Assembly: GCA_964585485.1 (NCBI GenBank) | Contig: CAZPDS010000001.1 | Coordinates: forward strand, 19,177 to 83,176 | Length of the DNA: 64,000 nucleotides | Reading direction: 5' to 3' | Origin: an uncultured Bacteroidales bacterium | GTDB lineage: Bacteria; Bacteroidota; Bacteroidia; Bacteroidales; CAIWKO01 | Made by a program: the position numbers and the translations under genes | Shown: positions 63,748 through 64,000 of the stretch, in pieces | Layout of the letters: every line of letters begins with the position of its first letter | Numbering within the stretch: position 1 is the stretch's first letter | The notes under the pieces: generated by a model | What the model saw: only the letters and a program-made list of their open reading frames with translations | Database searches by the model: none | Told to the model about the DNA's origin: nothing

Positions 63748-64000
63748 TTAATCATACAACTCGAGCAAAGCCGCAGCCGTTTGCTGATCTTGCCGGTTCC
63801 ACGAACGCCAGCCTTTTTGTTCGTACTCGTCAAGAAAGTTGTTGACCCGGCGGTCGATCTCTTCATTAAAGTAATCTGTGTCGCCCCACTGACGGCCCAT
63901 GGTGGAAATCAGGTATTCCGTTTTTGAAGAATACATCAGGCTGTCGGTGGTTTCGGGCGATAGTTTTAGTAATTCAGGCAGCACCGCGGGCGAATCCAGG
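63748..64000 (-). CDS. Hypothetical protein, C-terminal fragment (gene continues beyond the window end)
   Basis: The reading frame ending at 63748 stays open to the window edge. Codons upstream of the GTG at 63982-63984 read LDSPA with no stop. C-terminus ...WGDTDYFNEEIDRRVNNFLDEYEQKGWRSWNRQDQQTAAALLELYD. No family recognised. Confidence 0.5.
   Translation of the reverse strand, partial: LDSPAVLPELLKLSPETTDSLMYSSKTEYLISTMGRQWGDTDYFNEEIDRRVNNFLDEYEQKGWRSWNRQDQQTAAALLELYD

Noticed and set aside
1-64000. Search for CRISPR arrays, tRNA/rRNA genes, IS elements, integrases, and toxin-antitoxin or known defence genes
   Set aside because: No spaced direct repeats, no tRNA-like GC-rich cloverleaf segments in any intergenic region, and no transposase, integrase or phage-like ORFs. 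The only repeats found are the short elements reported above.

Overview
Gene-dense 64-kb chromosomal segment, about 54 protein-coding genes, most on the minus strand. It looks like Bacteroidota. Evidence seen in the sequence: a SusC/SusD pair, gliding lipoprotein GldH, a T9SS C-terminal sorting domain on an M1 peptidase, TAnnTTTG (-7) promoter boxes upstream of several genes, and no Shine-Dalgarno sequences. An anaerobe-type metabolism is suggested by KorAB, a 2x[4Fe-4S] ferredoxin and LutB. Content is mostly housekeeping: pheS, tdk, mnmG, ybeY, uvrC, rlmN, apt, add, rnr, nadA, rpiB, pyk, xth, a pgk-like gene and meaB. These are interspersed with envelope, secreted and regulatory genes. I found no rRNA, tRNA, CRISPR array, transposase, integrase or prophage signature, and no clear accessory or defence island. 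I cannot point to one convincing novel system, and all of the following need database or structure checks. (1) A TonB-receptor / lipoprotein / MbnP-like / OsmC operon lacks the usual MbnH partner. (2) A three-gene secreted operon encodes an S1-type protease domain with its catalytic His replaced by Gln, fused to TPRs, followed by an intact M23 peptidase and a DUF4468-like protein. (3) An orphan LytTR regulator has a receiver domain carrying D->E, T->A and K->R at the phospho-chemistry positions. (4) A lipoprotein serpin with predicted P1 Lys is paired with an unknown secreted protein directly downstream of uvrC. (5) A 14-nt CACGTG-centred hairpin element brackets mnmG inside a 13-kb co-directional gene string. 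(6) Two tandem heptamer arrays (ACTATCG)n bracket the xth-ompA pair.
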